Source: Candidatus Thorarchaeota archaeon
Lineage (GTDB): Archaea > Asgardarchaeota > Thorarchaeia > Thorarchaeales > Thorarchaeaceae
Reading direction: 5' to 3'
Assembly: GCA_048882045.1 (NCBI GenBank)
Contig: JBHLRZ010000001.1
Coordinates: 64,001 to 128,000 of the forward strand
Length of the DNA: 64,000 bases
The notes beneath the pieces were generated by a model. It was not told where the DNA came from. It saw only the letters and a program-made list of their open reading frames with translations, and searched no databases. Positions within the stretch are counted from its first letter, which is position 1. The number at the start of each line of letters is the position of its first letter. Made by a program: the position numbers and the translations under genes. Of the stretch, positions 19,055 to 29,045 are shown one piece after another.

Positions 19055-20467
19055 TCAAGCTAAATCGAGAGGGATGTTCTTCGGAGAAGCCTCCCTTCGA
19101 ACGACACTGTATGTATAAGCATCAAAGAACTTGGAAACATCCCACTTCCATTGGTCCTTTCTCCGATCATACAATGCAGCAACTTTTGATGTACCACCTA
19201 CTCCAGCAGCAACAACATGAGCTGAGTAGTCATGTATCTTTGATGTTTCATCGTTCAGGACATCAATCAGATTCTGTCCTGATCCAGCAGGTAGTGCAGA
19301 AACTAGCAACACTTTCTTTTCGGATGGATCTTCTAAGTTTTGAATCCGAGAGTGATACGTGAGAGGAAGATAATCCCATGCGGGAATAATGTCACCTGAA
19401 CATTCTGGACTGAGCAGACAGATGACGCGGTCACTCAGAGCAGGGATGTTCACTCGAGCGCGAGGCAAAACAATTCCCTTCCTCAAGAGTTGAGTTCGTT
19501 TCCGAAACGCTGTTGAAGATGACAGTTTGGTAGCCTTAACAATGTCCGCAGCTGTCCCCCCATAATTGTCGACCAATGCGTCTATTATCTTCACATCAGC
19601 GTATGTAAATCCATGAGGCTTTGGAGGAATAGCAGGGGCAACATCCGCCAAGACAAGGGGATTGCCTCCTTTCCTCAACATTAGCCGGAAATGGAGAAGG
19701 TCAAGATTCCATCCTCTGTTTGGACTAAAGTAACGACCATTCAACTGCGGTCTTCCTGCGGAGAGCCCCCACACAGACACACTTCCTGTGCTGTTACGGA
19801 AACTCTTGATTGTGTCCAAGAATTCCTGTCGCTTGTCGTGGGGGATTGTTGCCACTACAAGTACTAATGGAGAATATCCATCAATCATCAAGGTCTTCTG
19901 AACATAGGGTCCAGACAGAACTAAAGTTGGGTTTTCGAACATGATTAGAACCCTTTCTAGTCCCAGTTTGTGTGTATTGAGCATCCCGCCAGTTTTCAAG
20001 ACCTCTGAATCATTCAACCGCTTGTACGCACGACGTGTCTGACCATAGGATAGTCTTGCACGTTCAGCAATGACATTCAAGGACTCTCCAGGGTTCTTGA
20101 TTGCAGCCTCAAGATATGGGAGCTCTGTTCTTGAAAGGACAGAGATGTTTTCCTCCCACAGGTCTACAATCAGACTCATGACATCGCGTTGACTGATTAT
20201 CGTTACATCACCAAGCTTGACAACTTCCTCTAGACGACGAGTAAGAAGAAGATAAAGACTGCCTCGATATGAGAGGACTATCTTCCTCAAAAGCTTGAAG
20301 TCTGCATCCTCTGTAAAGACCTCAAGTTGACCTCCCTCTTCAAAAGTCCTGACAAAACGTAAGACAGCCATTGCACTCGGGGATAGTTTCTCCCAGAATT
20401 TTGGAGTGTCGCTATCAGACATTATCGTTTCATCCTGACCATCCTGTACCAAATCTGGCTCAGTCAT
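19055..20467 (-). CDS. Hypothetical protein with two Lrp/AsnC-like HTH modules
   Basis: SLNVIAERARLSYGQTRRAYKRL and ADIVKATKLSSSTAFRKRTQL HTH-like segments. Confidence 0.6.
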   Translation of the reverse strand: MTEPDLVQDGQDETIMSDSDTPKFWEKLSPSAMAVLRFVRTFEEGGQLEVFTEDADFKLLRKIVLSYRGSLYLLLTRRLEEVVKLGDVTIISQRDVMSLIVDLWEENISVLSRTELPYLEAAIKNPGESLNVIAERARLSYGQTRRAYKRLNDSEVLKTGGMLNTHKLGLERVLIMFENPTLVLSGPYVQKTLMIDGYSPLVLVVATIPHDKRQEFLDTIKSFRNSTGSVSVWGLSAGRPQLNGRYFSPNRGWNLDLLHFRLMLRKGGNPLVLADVAPAIPPKPHGFTYADVKIIDALVDNYGGTAADIVKATKLSSSTAFRKRTQLLRKGIVLPRARVNIPALSDRVICLLSPECSGDIIPAWDYLPLTYHSRIQNLEDPSEKKVLLVSALPAGSGQNLIDVLNDETSKIHDYSAHVVAAGVGGTSKVAALYDRRKDQWKWDVSKFFDAYTYSVVRREASPKNIPLDLA

Positions 20468-20552
20468 AATAGTCCCCCACGGACATCGTTCTAAACTTGA
20501 GTAATATTATACTACAGTGTCATCTGGGGAGAATATAAGACCGTAAAGTCTG

Positions 20553-21305
20553 TCAGAGCGGCTTACTGTCAGTCCATAGAGACTCAAAATACGCACGAGC
20601 CATGGATGCAAAGAGGCTGGCACTCGAATAGATGCCAACGAATTCTGTATCGGACTCGCCTCCTGCAAGCATGATCAGAGTCTGCTGTTCATCTACAACC
20701 AAGCCCACACCAAAGACTCTCTCTCTTGTTTTTACTTCAAAGTTCGAAGGTATCAATGGAATTATCGTATCAGGGACATTGGATGTGAGGATGCGTGTGT
20801 GTGATTTGACAGATAGAACATTCTCAGCCACAGTTGTTAGATCCTCCATTTCCAGATCAAGACCAGGAATCGAGAGGAGAACTTCATCTTTCGCTGACTC
20901 AAGCATCTCTACAGCCTTTGAAAGGATCGCTGCACGTCCATGCATCACATAGACATCTCTGGTCGTGACCTTTGTTTCCTGTTCGTATAAGGGTTGGAGC
21001 TCATCGATAACAAGCTGACTTGACTGCTCAAGCTTATGTTCCCAGTCGAGTCGAATAACTCGGACTACCTCAGTCGGAGACTTAGCAACATAGATTGTGG
21101 GGCGACCTCGTTTTACAATTATGAACTGCTTCTCCTCAAGTCGGCCTAAGACATCGTATATCCGGGAATAGGGGACCTTTGACTTGGCTGATATGTCGGA
21201 TGCACCCATCTGTCCCCCTTCCACCAAGGCGAGATACGCCTGGGTTTCATATTCTGTGAGACCTAGCTGTCGGAGAGCCTTTAGGGTAGCATCACTCACT
21301 GACAT
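20553..21305 (-). CDS. TrmB family transcriptional regulator
   Basis: LGLTEYETQAYLAL, SKVPYSRIYDVLGRLEEKQF, C-terminal effector domain ending YFESLW. Confidence 0.9.
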   Translation of the reverse strand: MSVSDATLKALRQLGLTEYETQAYLALVEGGQMGASDISAKSKVPYSRIYDVLGRLEEKQFIIVKRGRPTIYVAKSPTEVVRVIRLDWEHKLEQSSQLVIDELQPLYEQETKVTTRDVYVMHGRAAILSKAVEMLESAKDEVLLSIPGLDLEMEDLTTVAENVLSVKSHTRILTSNVPDTIIPLIPSNFEVKTRERVFGVGLVVDEQQTLIMLAGGESDTEFVGIYSSASLFASMARAYFESLWTDSKPL

Positions 21306-21458
21306 TGTATTTCCCTGTTTCAGATGTCAGCTTCTGTCTTAAGGCTTATCAGCTTAAGACTGAAATGAGAGTGTTTTTATCTCGCCAAGGAATTTGGAAA
21401 ATCAGGAGGGGCCAGAACAAGTCCTCTATTTTATGAATCAAGGAGAAGGCGTCATCTC

Positions 21459-22478
21459 ATGACTCGAGATAAGAAACTTGCCAAAGACACGCCAGCATCA
21501 AAACTGCTTGAAGATTTTGTTGATTCGGATCTCATTCCAGATGATAGTGCCCACAGAAAAATGAGTGATGATGAATACATTGAGATGATGTTAAGAAAAG
21601 AAGCTGAACGCAAAACTCTGAGAAGTAGGCGTGATAAATCATTATCAGAAGAAACACATATGGAATCAGAGAACGAGGTGATACCAGAAATACCAGAGGG
21701 ATCATGTCCCTCGTGCTATTACTGCACAATAATCAGAAGAATCGGATCAAGTGTATACTGCGTATGTGCAAATCCAAAGCGAACCATTGATGGCATGTAC
21801 TATGACTATCGTATTTGGGTCAAAAGTGAGTTGGACTTGGCTTGTCACCGTGAGCCTCCTTTAAGAGGAGTTCAGAAACTCATCATACAGAAGGTCGAAG
21901 AACAGCATATTCTACTAGAACCAAACATACCTGGTGAAACCAATCCGGAGGAGAAATATACTATTAGTGATGAGTCAGAATCGGTAAACCTCTTTGACGA
22001 CAGATTCGAGCTTGTCGAACGAGTTGATGACACCCCTGATATTGAAGACCCAGACGTCCCAAATCTGAATATACGTCCACCAGAGCGGCCAAAGATGGAT
22101 CTTGAGTCAGAGCTCAGAAATATCGAAACATTATCTCCTGAAGAGATTGCTGAATCTCCTGATGAGAGAGTTGATACTCTGTTTAGAGAAGAAACAATTG
22201 CAGTATACAAACATAGAGCACTTGAAACACTTGAGAAGTATAGAAAAGAAAGACCACTAGACCAGAAGCAGTCTGAGGTCCAACCAATCGTTTCTGAGAA
22301 GATGGCACCGATGAGAAACTGTGAATCTTGCTACTTCTGTGTTAATAACAAACGAATCGGTGGTTCCAGCTGGGTTCATTGCACCAACATTGTAAGATCA
22401 GCTGATTCTGTGACTGCAGCATCATGGGTTAAAAGCAAGCTCAATGCGGCCTGCTGGAAACGACCAGAGTCACTCTGA
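21459..22478 (+). CDS. Hypothetical protein with duplicated Cys-rich domain
   Basis: Two copies of CxSCY(Y/F)C-x4-RIG...C-x-N...WVKS.L..AC around an acidic linker. Confidence 0.7.
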   Translation: MTRDKKLAKDTPASKLLEDFVDSDLIPDDSAHRKMSDDEYIEMMLRKEAERKTLRSRRDKSLSEETHMESENEVIPEIPEGSCPSCYYCTIIRRIGSSVYCVCANPKRTIDGMYYDYRIWVKSELDLACHREPPLRGVQKLIIQKVEEQHILLEPNIPGETNPEEKYTISDESESVNLFDDRFELVERVDDTPDIEDPDVPNLNIRPPERPKMDLESELRNIETLSPEEIAESPDERVDTLFREETIAVYKHRALETLEKYRKERPLDQKQSEVQPIVSEKMAPMRNCESCYFCVNNKRIGGSSWVHCTNIVRSADSVTAASWVKSKLNAACWKRPESL

Positions 22479-23033
22479 ATACCATTTCAAGAATGCCTCA
22501 AATGCTTTTGTCCTATGTGATATTCTAACCTTCTCTTCAAAGGTGAGTTCAGCATATGTCTTTGAGTGCCCCTCTGGTACAAAGATTGGGTCATATCCGA
22601 ATCCACCAATTCCAGCTGCTTCATCAGCAACAGAACCAGACATAATCCCAACAAATGTTTCTAGACACTCACCATCAAAAAATCCCACTGCAGTTTTAAA
22701 AACTGATGCTCGTTTTGTCTTGTCCTTCATCAGCTGCAAAATCCCTGCATATCCTATGTATCTGAGAACCATACCGGCGTATGAACCAGGAAATCCATTG
22801 AGTGCCTCAACGAAGAACCCAGTGTCATCTACAACAACAGGCTTTTTGAGAGATTCAAATGCAGTCTTAGCGGCTGCACGTGCTATCTCCTCAATGTTGT
22901 CCGATCGAATCTCATGCTTCTCAATTGAAGTGGTTTCGAAATCCACATTGTATTTCTTGAAGAGAGGAGTAAGCTCCTTGAGTTTGTGTTTGTTTTGAGT
23001 GACCAGGACTATCTTATCCCTTGACATATTCAA
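22470..23033 (-). CDS. rdgB: Non-canonical purine NTP pyrophosphatase (Ham1/RdgB)
   Basis: TQNKHK, DDTG, LNGFPG, GFGYDPIF, SHR. Confidence 0.93.
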   Translation of the reverse strand: MNMSRDKIVLVTQNKHKLKELTPLFKKYNVDFETTSIEKHEIRSDNIEEIARAAAKTAFESLKKPVVVDDTGFFVEALNGFPGSYAGMVLRYIGYAGILQLMKDKTKRASVFKTAVGFFDGECLETFVGIMSGSVADEAAGIGGFGYDPIFVPEGHSKTYAELTFEEKVRISHRTKAFEAFLKWYSE

Positions 23034-24138
23034 GGATCTCCTTGATTACACTGTAAGATGGTTTGGTCTTCTCAAGATCAAACATGCCTGTCGCGTTCCA
23101 GAGAATGACATGTTCAAGCCCTTCTTTCACCAAGTCTTCAAGGATTCCAATGAGGGTTTCTTTGTCGCCGGACATATAGAACTCATGTAAAACTTCCAGT
23201 GGCACCTTTTCAATAGCGTCTAGTGTGGTCTTTCGATCATATCGCATTGGAACATAGGTAGTTAGACCATGAAAATTATCACCAAAAGGATGTGAGTATC
23301 CTAAACGTACCCAGTCTTTTGCTGAATGCATTAGAGCAAATGCTTTGGCAAGGGGAGTTTTCATCATCCTCTCACATTCCATTGGATCATCATCAATAAT
23401 GCACCATTTCCACAGGGCTGCAGTGAAAGGTCCAGTGCGATTTAGTTTCTTTCTGTAATCCTGAATGATTCTTAGACCCTCTCCGTATTGCTTTGCGCTT
23501 GCGACAGATGGGATCCATCCATCGCCAAATTCAGCGGCAATCTTCAGCATTTTGGGGCCCATGGCGGCTATCCAGATTGGCGGTGGTTTTCCGTCCACGG
23601 CAGGCGTTAGAGACAAGACTGCGTCTTTGAGTTTCCAGTAGCGACCGTCATAGTTGAATGGTTCATGGGTGTTCCAAGCTACTTTGATGATTTCAAGAGC
23701 CTCTCTTAGCTTCCCAACCTGACCAGAGTAGTTAAGGCCATAGGGTTCAATATTCTCAATCTCGCCAGCTCCAATACCAAGTACTGTTCTTCCTCTACTG
23801 ATATGGTCGAGTGTAAGAAAGGTCTGGGCGATAAGGATTGGATGTCGTCTGATTGGTTCAGTAACTGAAGAGATCAGCTGAACATTCTCAGTAACTGCTG
23901 CGCAGGCGCTCATTATGCTAGATAGCTCGTAGTATGTGTGAGGCGATTGTTGAAAGACAGCCAGTGGTGTAATATCAGGGGTCCAGATGCTCTGAGGTAC
24001 AAACCCTGCAAAGTGGTCTGGAAATGCCATACTGTCATACCCTAGAGAGTCTATCGTCTTTGCATTCTTCAGAGCATTGTCCCAGGGTGGGAGGAAGGGA
24101 CCAGGTGCTCCAATCTTCAAGTCATGTATATCAATCAT
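23014..24138 (-). CDS. LLM-class flavin/F420-dependent oxidoreductase
   Basis: FPDHF, TLDHISRGRTVLGIGAGE, PPIWIAAMGPKML, GDGW. Confidence 0.88.
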   Translation of the reverse strand: MIDIHDLKIGAPGPFLPPWDNALKNAKTIDSLGYDSMAFPDHFAGFVPQSIWTPDITPLAVFQQSPHTYYELSSIMSACAAVTENVQLISSVTEPIRRHPILIAQTFLTLDHISRGRTVLGIGAGEIENIEPYGLNYSGQVGKLREALEIIKVAWNTHEPFNYDGRYWKLKDAVLSLTPAVDGKPPPIWIAAMGPKMLKIAAEFGDGWIPSVASAKQYGEGLRIIQDYRKKLNRTGPFTAALWKWCIIDDDPMECERMMKTPLAKAFALMHSAKDWVRLGYSHPFGDNFHGLTTYVPMRYDRKTTLDAIEKVPLEVLHEFYMSGDKETLIGILEDLVKEGLEHVILWNATGMFDLEKTKPSYSVIKEILEYVKG

Positions 24139-25319
24139 TATTTGCACGTCTCCGCGAAGTGTATGAGGACCTTCTTGACCCTCTCAAAGTCCTCTAAATG
24201 CATGAACTCATCAAGTCCATGATAGTTGTTGTCATCTCGTAGTGTGCCATAGCAGACTGTTGGAATCCCGTGGGATGTGAAATAGTGACCATCATTCCCT
24301 CCGAGGTCCGCTGCGATGGTTATGTTTGGGTCATCAACCTCCTTGACCGCTTCGTGGAATGCAACGACATACTTATTCTTAGGATCAGAACCCCAGCCGG
24401 CATGTTTCGTTTTGAAATCAAGTGTGGCATCAACCCAAGTTTCTTCCTTTGCTTTCTCGAAGAATGCCTCTATGTCATTGGCAACTTCTTCGACATCTTC
24501 CTCTGGGATGGTCCTGCAGTCAAAAGATATCTCAGCTTTTCCAGGGATTGTGTTAGTCTTACTTCCTGCATTATAGACGGTCATTGAGAATCGGCCCCAA
24601 AGGGTCTGGTGCGGGCTGCCAGGTGGTGCTGGTAGTTTGGACTCTACCTTTCTACGTACATCAATATAATCTAGCATGACCTGCATCAGAGGAATAGAGA
24701 GATGGATTGCGTTTGCAAACTTGAACGGATACCCAGCATGCCCCTGTGTGCCTCTAACGGTTATTGTACCTGCAATGACTCCACTTGCACCATTACTAAC
24801 ATATTCGGGTCCAGAGTCAACAACTATTCCAAAATCACCACGGATCTTTGGAGGACCATTCATGAGATAATCAATTCCATTGACCCCTCCAATCTCCTCA
24901 TTTGGGCTAATTAGGATCTTCCAGTTGACCTTTGAGCTACCCTTTTTGATGAGTTCCTTTGCAGAACTGACAGCAGCAACAATGTTCCCTTTATTGTCGC
25001 TGACACCTCGACCGTATGCTTTGTCTTTCTCTAGTGTAAGCTCGAAGGGGGGGTTCTTCCACTCATCCACTTCGCCTGCTGGAACGACATCGTAATGCGT
25101 GCAGAGAAGGACTGTTGTCTTTGCACCTACATCCATGTTAGCAACAATGTTCGGTTGTGGGATTCCATCATGTAATGAATCAAAGACCTCGACTCTGAGA
25201 CCAGCCTCCTCACAGTACTTCTTAATGATTTCAGCGCAGACTGCATAGTTCTTCTTTTCATCACTGTTTGTGTCAAGCTCGACTATTTCTGTGAGAAATT
25301 CAGTTTCCCATTTGTCCAT
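24138..25319 (-). CDS. M20 family metallopeptidase (DapE/ArgE-like)
   Basis: HYDVVP, YGRGVSDNKG, EEIGG, GHAG, YHGLDE. Confidence 0.9.
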   Translation of the reverse strand: MDKWETEFLTEIVELDTNSDEKKNYAVCAEIIKKYCEEAGLRVEVFDSLHDGIPQPNIVANMDVGAKTTVLLCTHYDVVPAGEVDEWKNPPFELTLEKDKAYGRGVSDNKGNIVAAVSSAKELIKKGSSKVNWKILISPNEEIGGVNGIDYLMNGPPKIRGDFGIVVDSGPEYVSNGASGVIAGTITVRGTQGHAGYPFKFANAIHLSIPLMQVMLDYIDVRRKVESKLPAPPGSPHQTLWGRFSMTVYNAGSKTNTIPGKAEISFDCRTIPEEDVEEVANDIEAFFEKAKEETWVDATLDFKTKHAGWGSDPKNKYVVAFHEAVKEVDDPNITIAADLGGNDGHYFTSHGIPTVCYGTLRDDNNYHGLDEFMHLEDFERVKKVLIHFAETCK

Positions 25320-25368
25320 CTCAATACATCTCCAACGGGGCATGTGTGTAGAGCTTACCTCACTCATA

Positions 25369-26172
25369 TTATTTCTGGCAGGTCTGGCAGTAGTTCGTTA
25401 CGATGCGGTTTGACTTGACTTCAGAAACCCTACCACCGCAGAGAGGACACTGACTCCCTCCGCGATTATGGACCATCAGGAAGTCCCTCTTCTCTATAGC
25501 AATCTCGTCGAGCGACCTCTCCGATATGATATCACGAATTCGAGTGAGTACCTTTCGCATAGAGTGATAGAGCCTTTCTACTTCATCCTCACTCAGTGAC
25601 GAACGACTACGAAACGGGAGAATTCCAGCATAGAGTAGAATCTCGTCAGCGTACGCATTACCAATTCCTTTCACAAATCGTTGGTTTCGAAGGACATTCT
25701 TGATTTGACCATTATGGCGTTTGATTCGCGTCTTGAACGCTTCGACAGTCAGCTCTGGATCCAGTGCTGAGGGGCCGCGGTTTCTGAATCCTGCAACTTG
25801 AGAATATTCCCCCCTCGGAACAAGATAGATTCGTCCCATCTTCTTTCTATCAGAATACCACAGTGTTCCTTCACCAGTGTGGATTGAAACCATGTCATAG
25901 CTTGTTGGATTCTTGTAACGAGGAATGACCCTGAATCTGCCTGTGAGCATGGGATTCACAACGAACTCATGATCATCCAGGGACAGAATCAGAAACTTGC
26001 CATCAGCTCTTGTTGAGCGAAACACCTGCCCTACAGCAAGTAATTCAAATTCGTCAATAGGTTGCCCATGGACAACTATGTGATTGTGGACTTTTGTCTT
26101 TTTCACAGTCTTTCCATTGAGTTCCTCGGTTAGCAACTCTGCAATAATCTCAAGTTCAGGAAGTTCAGGCAA
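25369..26172 (-). CDS. Fpg/Nei-family DNA glycosylase/AP lyase
   Basis: TTG start gives M-PELPELE catalytic N-terminus; GKFL, GIGNAYADEIL (H2TH), CPLCG...CQTCQ Zn finger. Confidence 0.92.
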   Translation of the reverse strand: MPELPELEIIAELLTEELNGKTVKKTKVHNHIVVHGQPIDEFELLAVGQVFRSTRADGKFLILSLDDHEFVVNPMLTGRFRVIPRYKNPTSYDMVSIHTGEGTLWYSDRKKMGRIYLVPRGEYSQVAGFRNRGPSALDPELTVEAFKTRIKRHNGQIKNVLRNQRFVKGIGNAYADEILLYAGILPFRSRSSLSEDEVERLYHSMRKVLTRIRDIISERSLDEIAIEKRDFLMVHNRGGSQCPLCGGRVSEVKSNRIVTNYCQTCQK

Positions 26173-26292
26173 ACTCTCACCAGTCCAATGATACCAATGC
26201 TTCAAATAGAATAAGACAGTTTTCCTCTTCTAAAACACAACGACCAAAAGGCACCGACGTGTCCAGAGTAATATCGATAGAGGTGTTGAAGA

Positions 26293-26955
26293 GTGAACCA
26301 TCGCCTGAAAAATCTCGTTGTTGTGGTTCTGACATTCGTCATCACATTATCAGGCGGACTTCTTACAGAGTATGCAAGACAGTCAATGGTCTTTTCTTGG
26401 GCTATTAATGTCGGAAACGAGTTTGTCTATGATGTCACAGTCATTGGCAACCGAACAACAACGTCACAAGTTCTTCCACCCCCTTTTGAACCAATGAACA
26501 ACACACGGATTATTGTTGAAATCACTTCACTTCCGAATCTGACTTTGATGTACTATTCCTTTATCTTTGTTCAAGAGGTCGTGAATTTTCTGAAGACATC
26601 CTCTCAGTTCGAGAATAGATCTCCCATTCCTCCTGAGCTGTACAACACAATAAACTCGCATGTGTCTATGAGCATGCTTCCCATCGGAGCATGGGGTCAT
26701 CTGGACTCACTATTTCCAGACCAGACTAATATCGAACTCTCCGACCACGAGTCATTCATCTCTCGATATGACAATGGCGTCTTCTTCTTTGGACATTGGG
26801 AGAACCAAACAGGACCAAGACCAGAAGTGAATGAATGGCATGGAATCTATGATATTGAAACTGGAGTTCCTAGTCTTATTACCATCTCTGTAATTTCAAG
26901 AGGAGCTCTTGTTTCTGATATCTATACTATTACGATGACCTTGGTCAGCCAATAA
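26293..26955 (+). CDS. Hypothetical secreted/membrane-anchored protein
   Basis: Basic N-terminus plus hydrophobic helix; several NxS/T sequons. Confidence 0.7.
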   Translation: MNHRLKNLVVVVLTFVITLSGGLLTEYARQSMVFSWAINVGNEFVYDVTVIGNRTTTSQVLPPPFEPMNNTRIIVEITSLPNLTLMYYSFIFVQEVVNFLKTSSQFENRSPIPPELYNTINSHVSMSMLPIGAWGHLDSLFPDQTNIELSDHESFISRYDNGVFFFGHWENQTGPRPEVNEWHGIYDIETGVPSLITISVISRGALVSDIYTITMTLVSQ

Positions 26956-27007
26956 TACCAATGACATTCGAGTATGACTTAAACAGGAAAATGTACCAAT
27001 ACTGGAT

Positions 27008-27601
27008 ATGGAGCCGACAGTTTATCACATACAAAAAGGCCGCCTCGTGAAGATGAAAGATCCAGGTGCTTTCGGTCGTGGCGACTGCTATCTCGTAGAT
27101 GCAGGCATGAAGATCTATCTATGGATTGGTCCAAACTCTAGTGTTGACGAGAAGTTCCTCACTGCTGCTTCTGCAGTCATGAGAGACACCGCGCGAGAAG
27201 GCAAAGCTGACATCGATAGAATCGAGGGAGGAAATGAGCCAGAAGAGTTCAAGGCACTCTTTGATGACTTCAGTCTTACTGATGAAGACACAGAGGGCAT
27301 TCTCAAGAAGGTTCAGTTAGAAACACGTGAACACAAACTTTGGCGCGTGCATCGTGAGGCGGATGAAACATTCTTCAAAGAGGTTGATCTTGACAGAGCT
27401 TCACTGAAGAGTGACGACGTCTTCATACTCGACACGTTTGACGACATCTATGTTTGGCGAGGTAAGGATGCCACTGCACGAGAGAAGTTTGATGCAACCA
27501 TCCTTGCAAGGAGATATGATGCAGAACGTGTGGGGGTTCAGGAAATCGAACTGATTGAGGAAGGAAGCGAACCAGACGAGTTCTTCAAATCTTTCCCATG
27601 A
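27008..27601 (+). CDS. Two-domain gelsolin-like protein (Asgard 2DGel type)
   Basis: Two repeats: GDCYLVDAG..IYLWIG..S..DEK...EGGNEPEEF and SDDVFILDT..IYVWRG..A...EK...EEGSEPDEF. Confidence 0.92.
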   Translation: MEPTVYHIQKGRLVKMKDPGAFGRGDCYLVDAGMKIYLWIGPNSSVDEKFLTAASAVMRDTAREGKADIDRIEGGNEPEEFKALFDDFSLTDEDTEGILKKVQLETREHKLWRVHREADETFFKEVDLDRASLKSDDVFILDTFDDIYVWRGKDATAREKFDATILARRYDAERVGVQEIELIEEGSEPDEFFKSFP

Positions 27602-27602
27602 A

Positions 27603-29045
27603 TTATACTAACCTGTAGTGACCCGGACGAGGTTCATAGAGGACTCCACTGTCCTTCATCCGAGTCAGGGTCTCTGCAGCAACATGACGTTCGACTCCAG
27701 CCTCCTGAGTAATCTCATCTAGAGTGGGACCTAGAGATCCCTTCTTTCCGGTGTCGAGGGTTCTTATTGCTTTCAATACCTTTGTATTGAACCTATCAAA
27801 CCTGCTGCCCTTGCCCCAGTCCGTCTCTACTCCTTCTTTTAGTTCTGTGAGTTCGATGAACTCCTTTAATGCAGGTTCTAGGATTCGATTCCATGAGGTC
27901 TTGAGGTCCTTGGCAGTGACCTTGTCTTTCCAAAATGCTCTTGCGGTTGATCGAGCCAATCTGAGTGCACTCAAGGGTCGCCCCAGTGCGTCTGCATCAA
28001 GGAGGCTGCCCCGTGCCATTACACCCTCCTCAAGACCAAAGCTCTCCCTTAGTGTATCCAAGCGTGAGAGGACATATTCAGTCCCTGAATCGATTGTACG
28101 CTTCGAAACCTCTGGTGTGAGTAGTTGGAATGTTATGGCCGATTTCAAGATAGGTAGTCGTAGTTCCGATGGATTTCCAGTTTCAACCCAGAAGTCTTCT
28201 GATGCAAGTGCGATTGGTACATCAGGAAGTGAAGCTGTCTGTGACCCTGTGAGTGTTCCCATAGAAACCTCTCTGAATCCTGATGGGTCTATTCGATAGA
28301 CACACAACTGTTCCATCCTCTTCTTCGAGTAGGATCCGATGTCAAAACGTAAGAGCTTGGGAGCCTTGACTCTAACACTCCGAATGCTTCTGAATGCTGA
28401 AGGTCGTCCCTTCATAGAGGGAGGGAGGACATTTCTAATAAAGGACAAAAAACGTCGCACCTTTGTTTGAGATGCAATAGCCTGGATTCCTGTTGTAAGT
28501 CCCCCAATGCTATCCTCATATGGAGGACTTGAAACGAAGAGACGTGCGAACACCCTTTTGCTTGCTTCAGCCATACCTACATGCTCAAAGAGAAGATTGG
28601 AGATATCCTTCAGGGAGGAGGGAGGCTGAATGTTTGTAAGAAAGTCGATGGAGAGAGGCTCGTAGGAATCTGCAGCGATTGCACGTGTGATTGTTTGAGA
28701 ACTCATGAGAGGTTCAGGTGCAACAACTCTCTTCCCAGTCACTTCAATGAAAGCACCATCAGGTGGAAGTGGTTTATCTTCTGGGAATAGAATGAACTCA
28801 CCCTCAAGAAGCCACTGACTGGGGGTGAGCAGTATCATCGACTTGTCCCTTGTGTGATGGACAAATCCACTGTATCGATATAGCTGTCTTGAAACTCGCT
28901 CGCTGAAGTCCTGTAGCAAGCGTGACTCCCATTGTGTGAGTTCGGTTCCAAACTGCCTGCTGTAGAGGTCACTCACACTGACTGCGTCTGCGAGTCTATC
29001 GTGCTTAGAGCCTAATCTTTCAAACAGGTCCTCATACACATCCAT
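27603..29045 (-). CDS. Degenerate MCM-like protein (OB + inactive AAA+ + lid + winged helix), putative
   Basis: PDGAFIEVTG (OB-like), GRPLSALRLARSTARAFWKDKVTAKDL (MCM lid-like), GVLYEPRPGHYRLV (archaeal MCM wH end); no Walker A/B. Confidence 0.6.
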   Translation of the reverse strand: MDVYEDLFERLGSKHDRLADAVSVSDLYSRQFGTELTQWESRLLQDFSERVSRQLYRYSGFVHHTRDKSMILLTPSQWLLEGEFILFPEDKPLPPDGAFIEVTGKRVVAPEPLMSSQTITRAIAADSYEPLSIDFLTNIQPPSSLKDISNLLFEHVGMAEASKRVFARLFVSSPPYEDSIGGLTTGIQAIASQTKVRRFLSFIRNVLPPSMKGRPSAFRSIRSVRVKAPKLLRFDIGSYSKKRMEQLCVYRIDPSGFREVSMGTLTGSQTASLPDVPIALASEDFWVETGNPSELRLPILKSAITFQLLTPEVSKRTIDSGTEYVLSRLDTLRESFGLEEGVMARGSLLDADALGRPLSALRLARSTARAFWKDKVTAKDLKTSWNRILEPALKEFIELTELKEGVETDWGKGSRFDRFNTKVLKAIRTLDTGKKGSLGPTLDEITQEAGVERHVAAETLTRMKDSGVLYEPRPGHYRLV

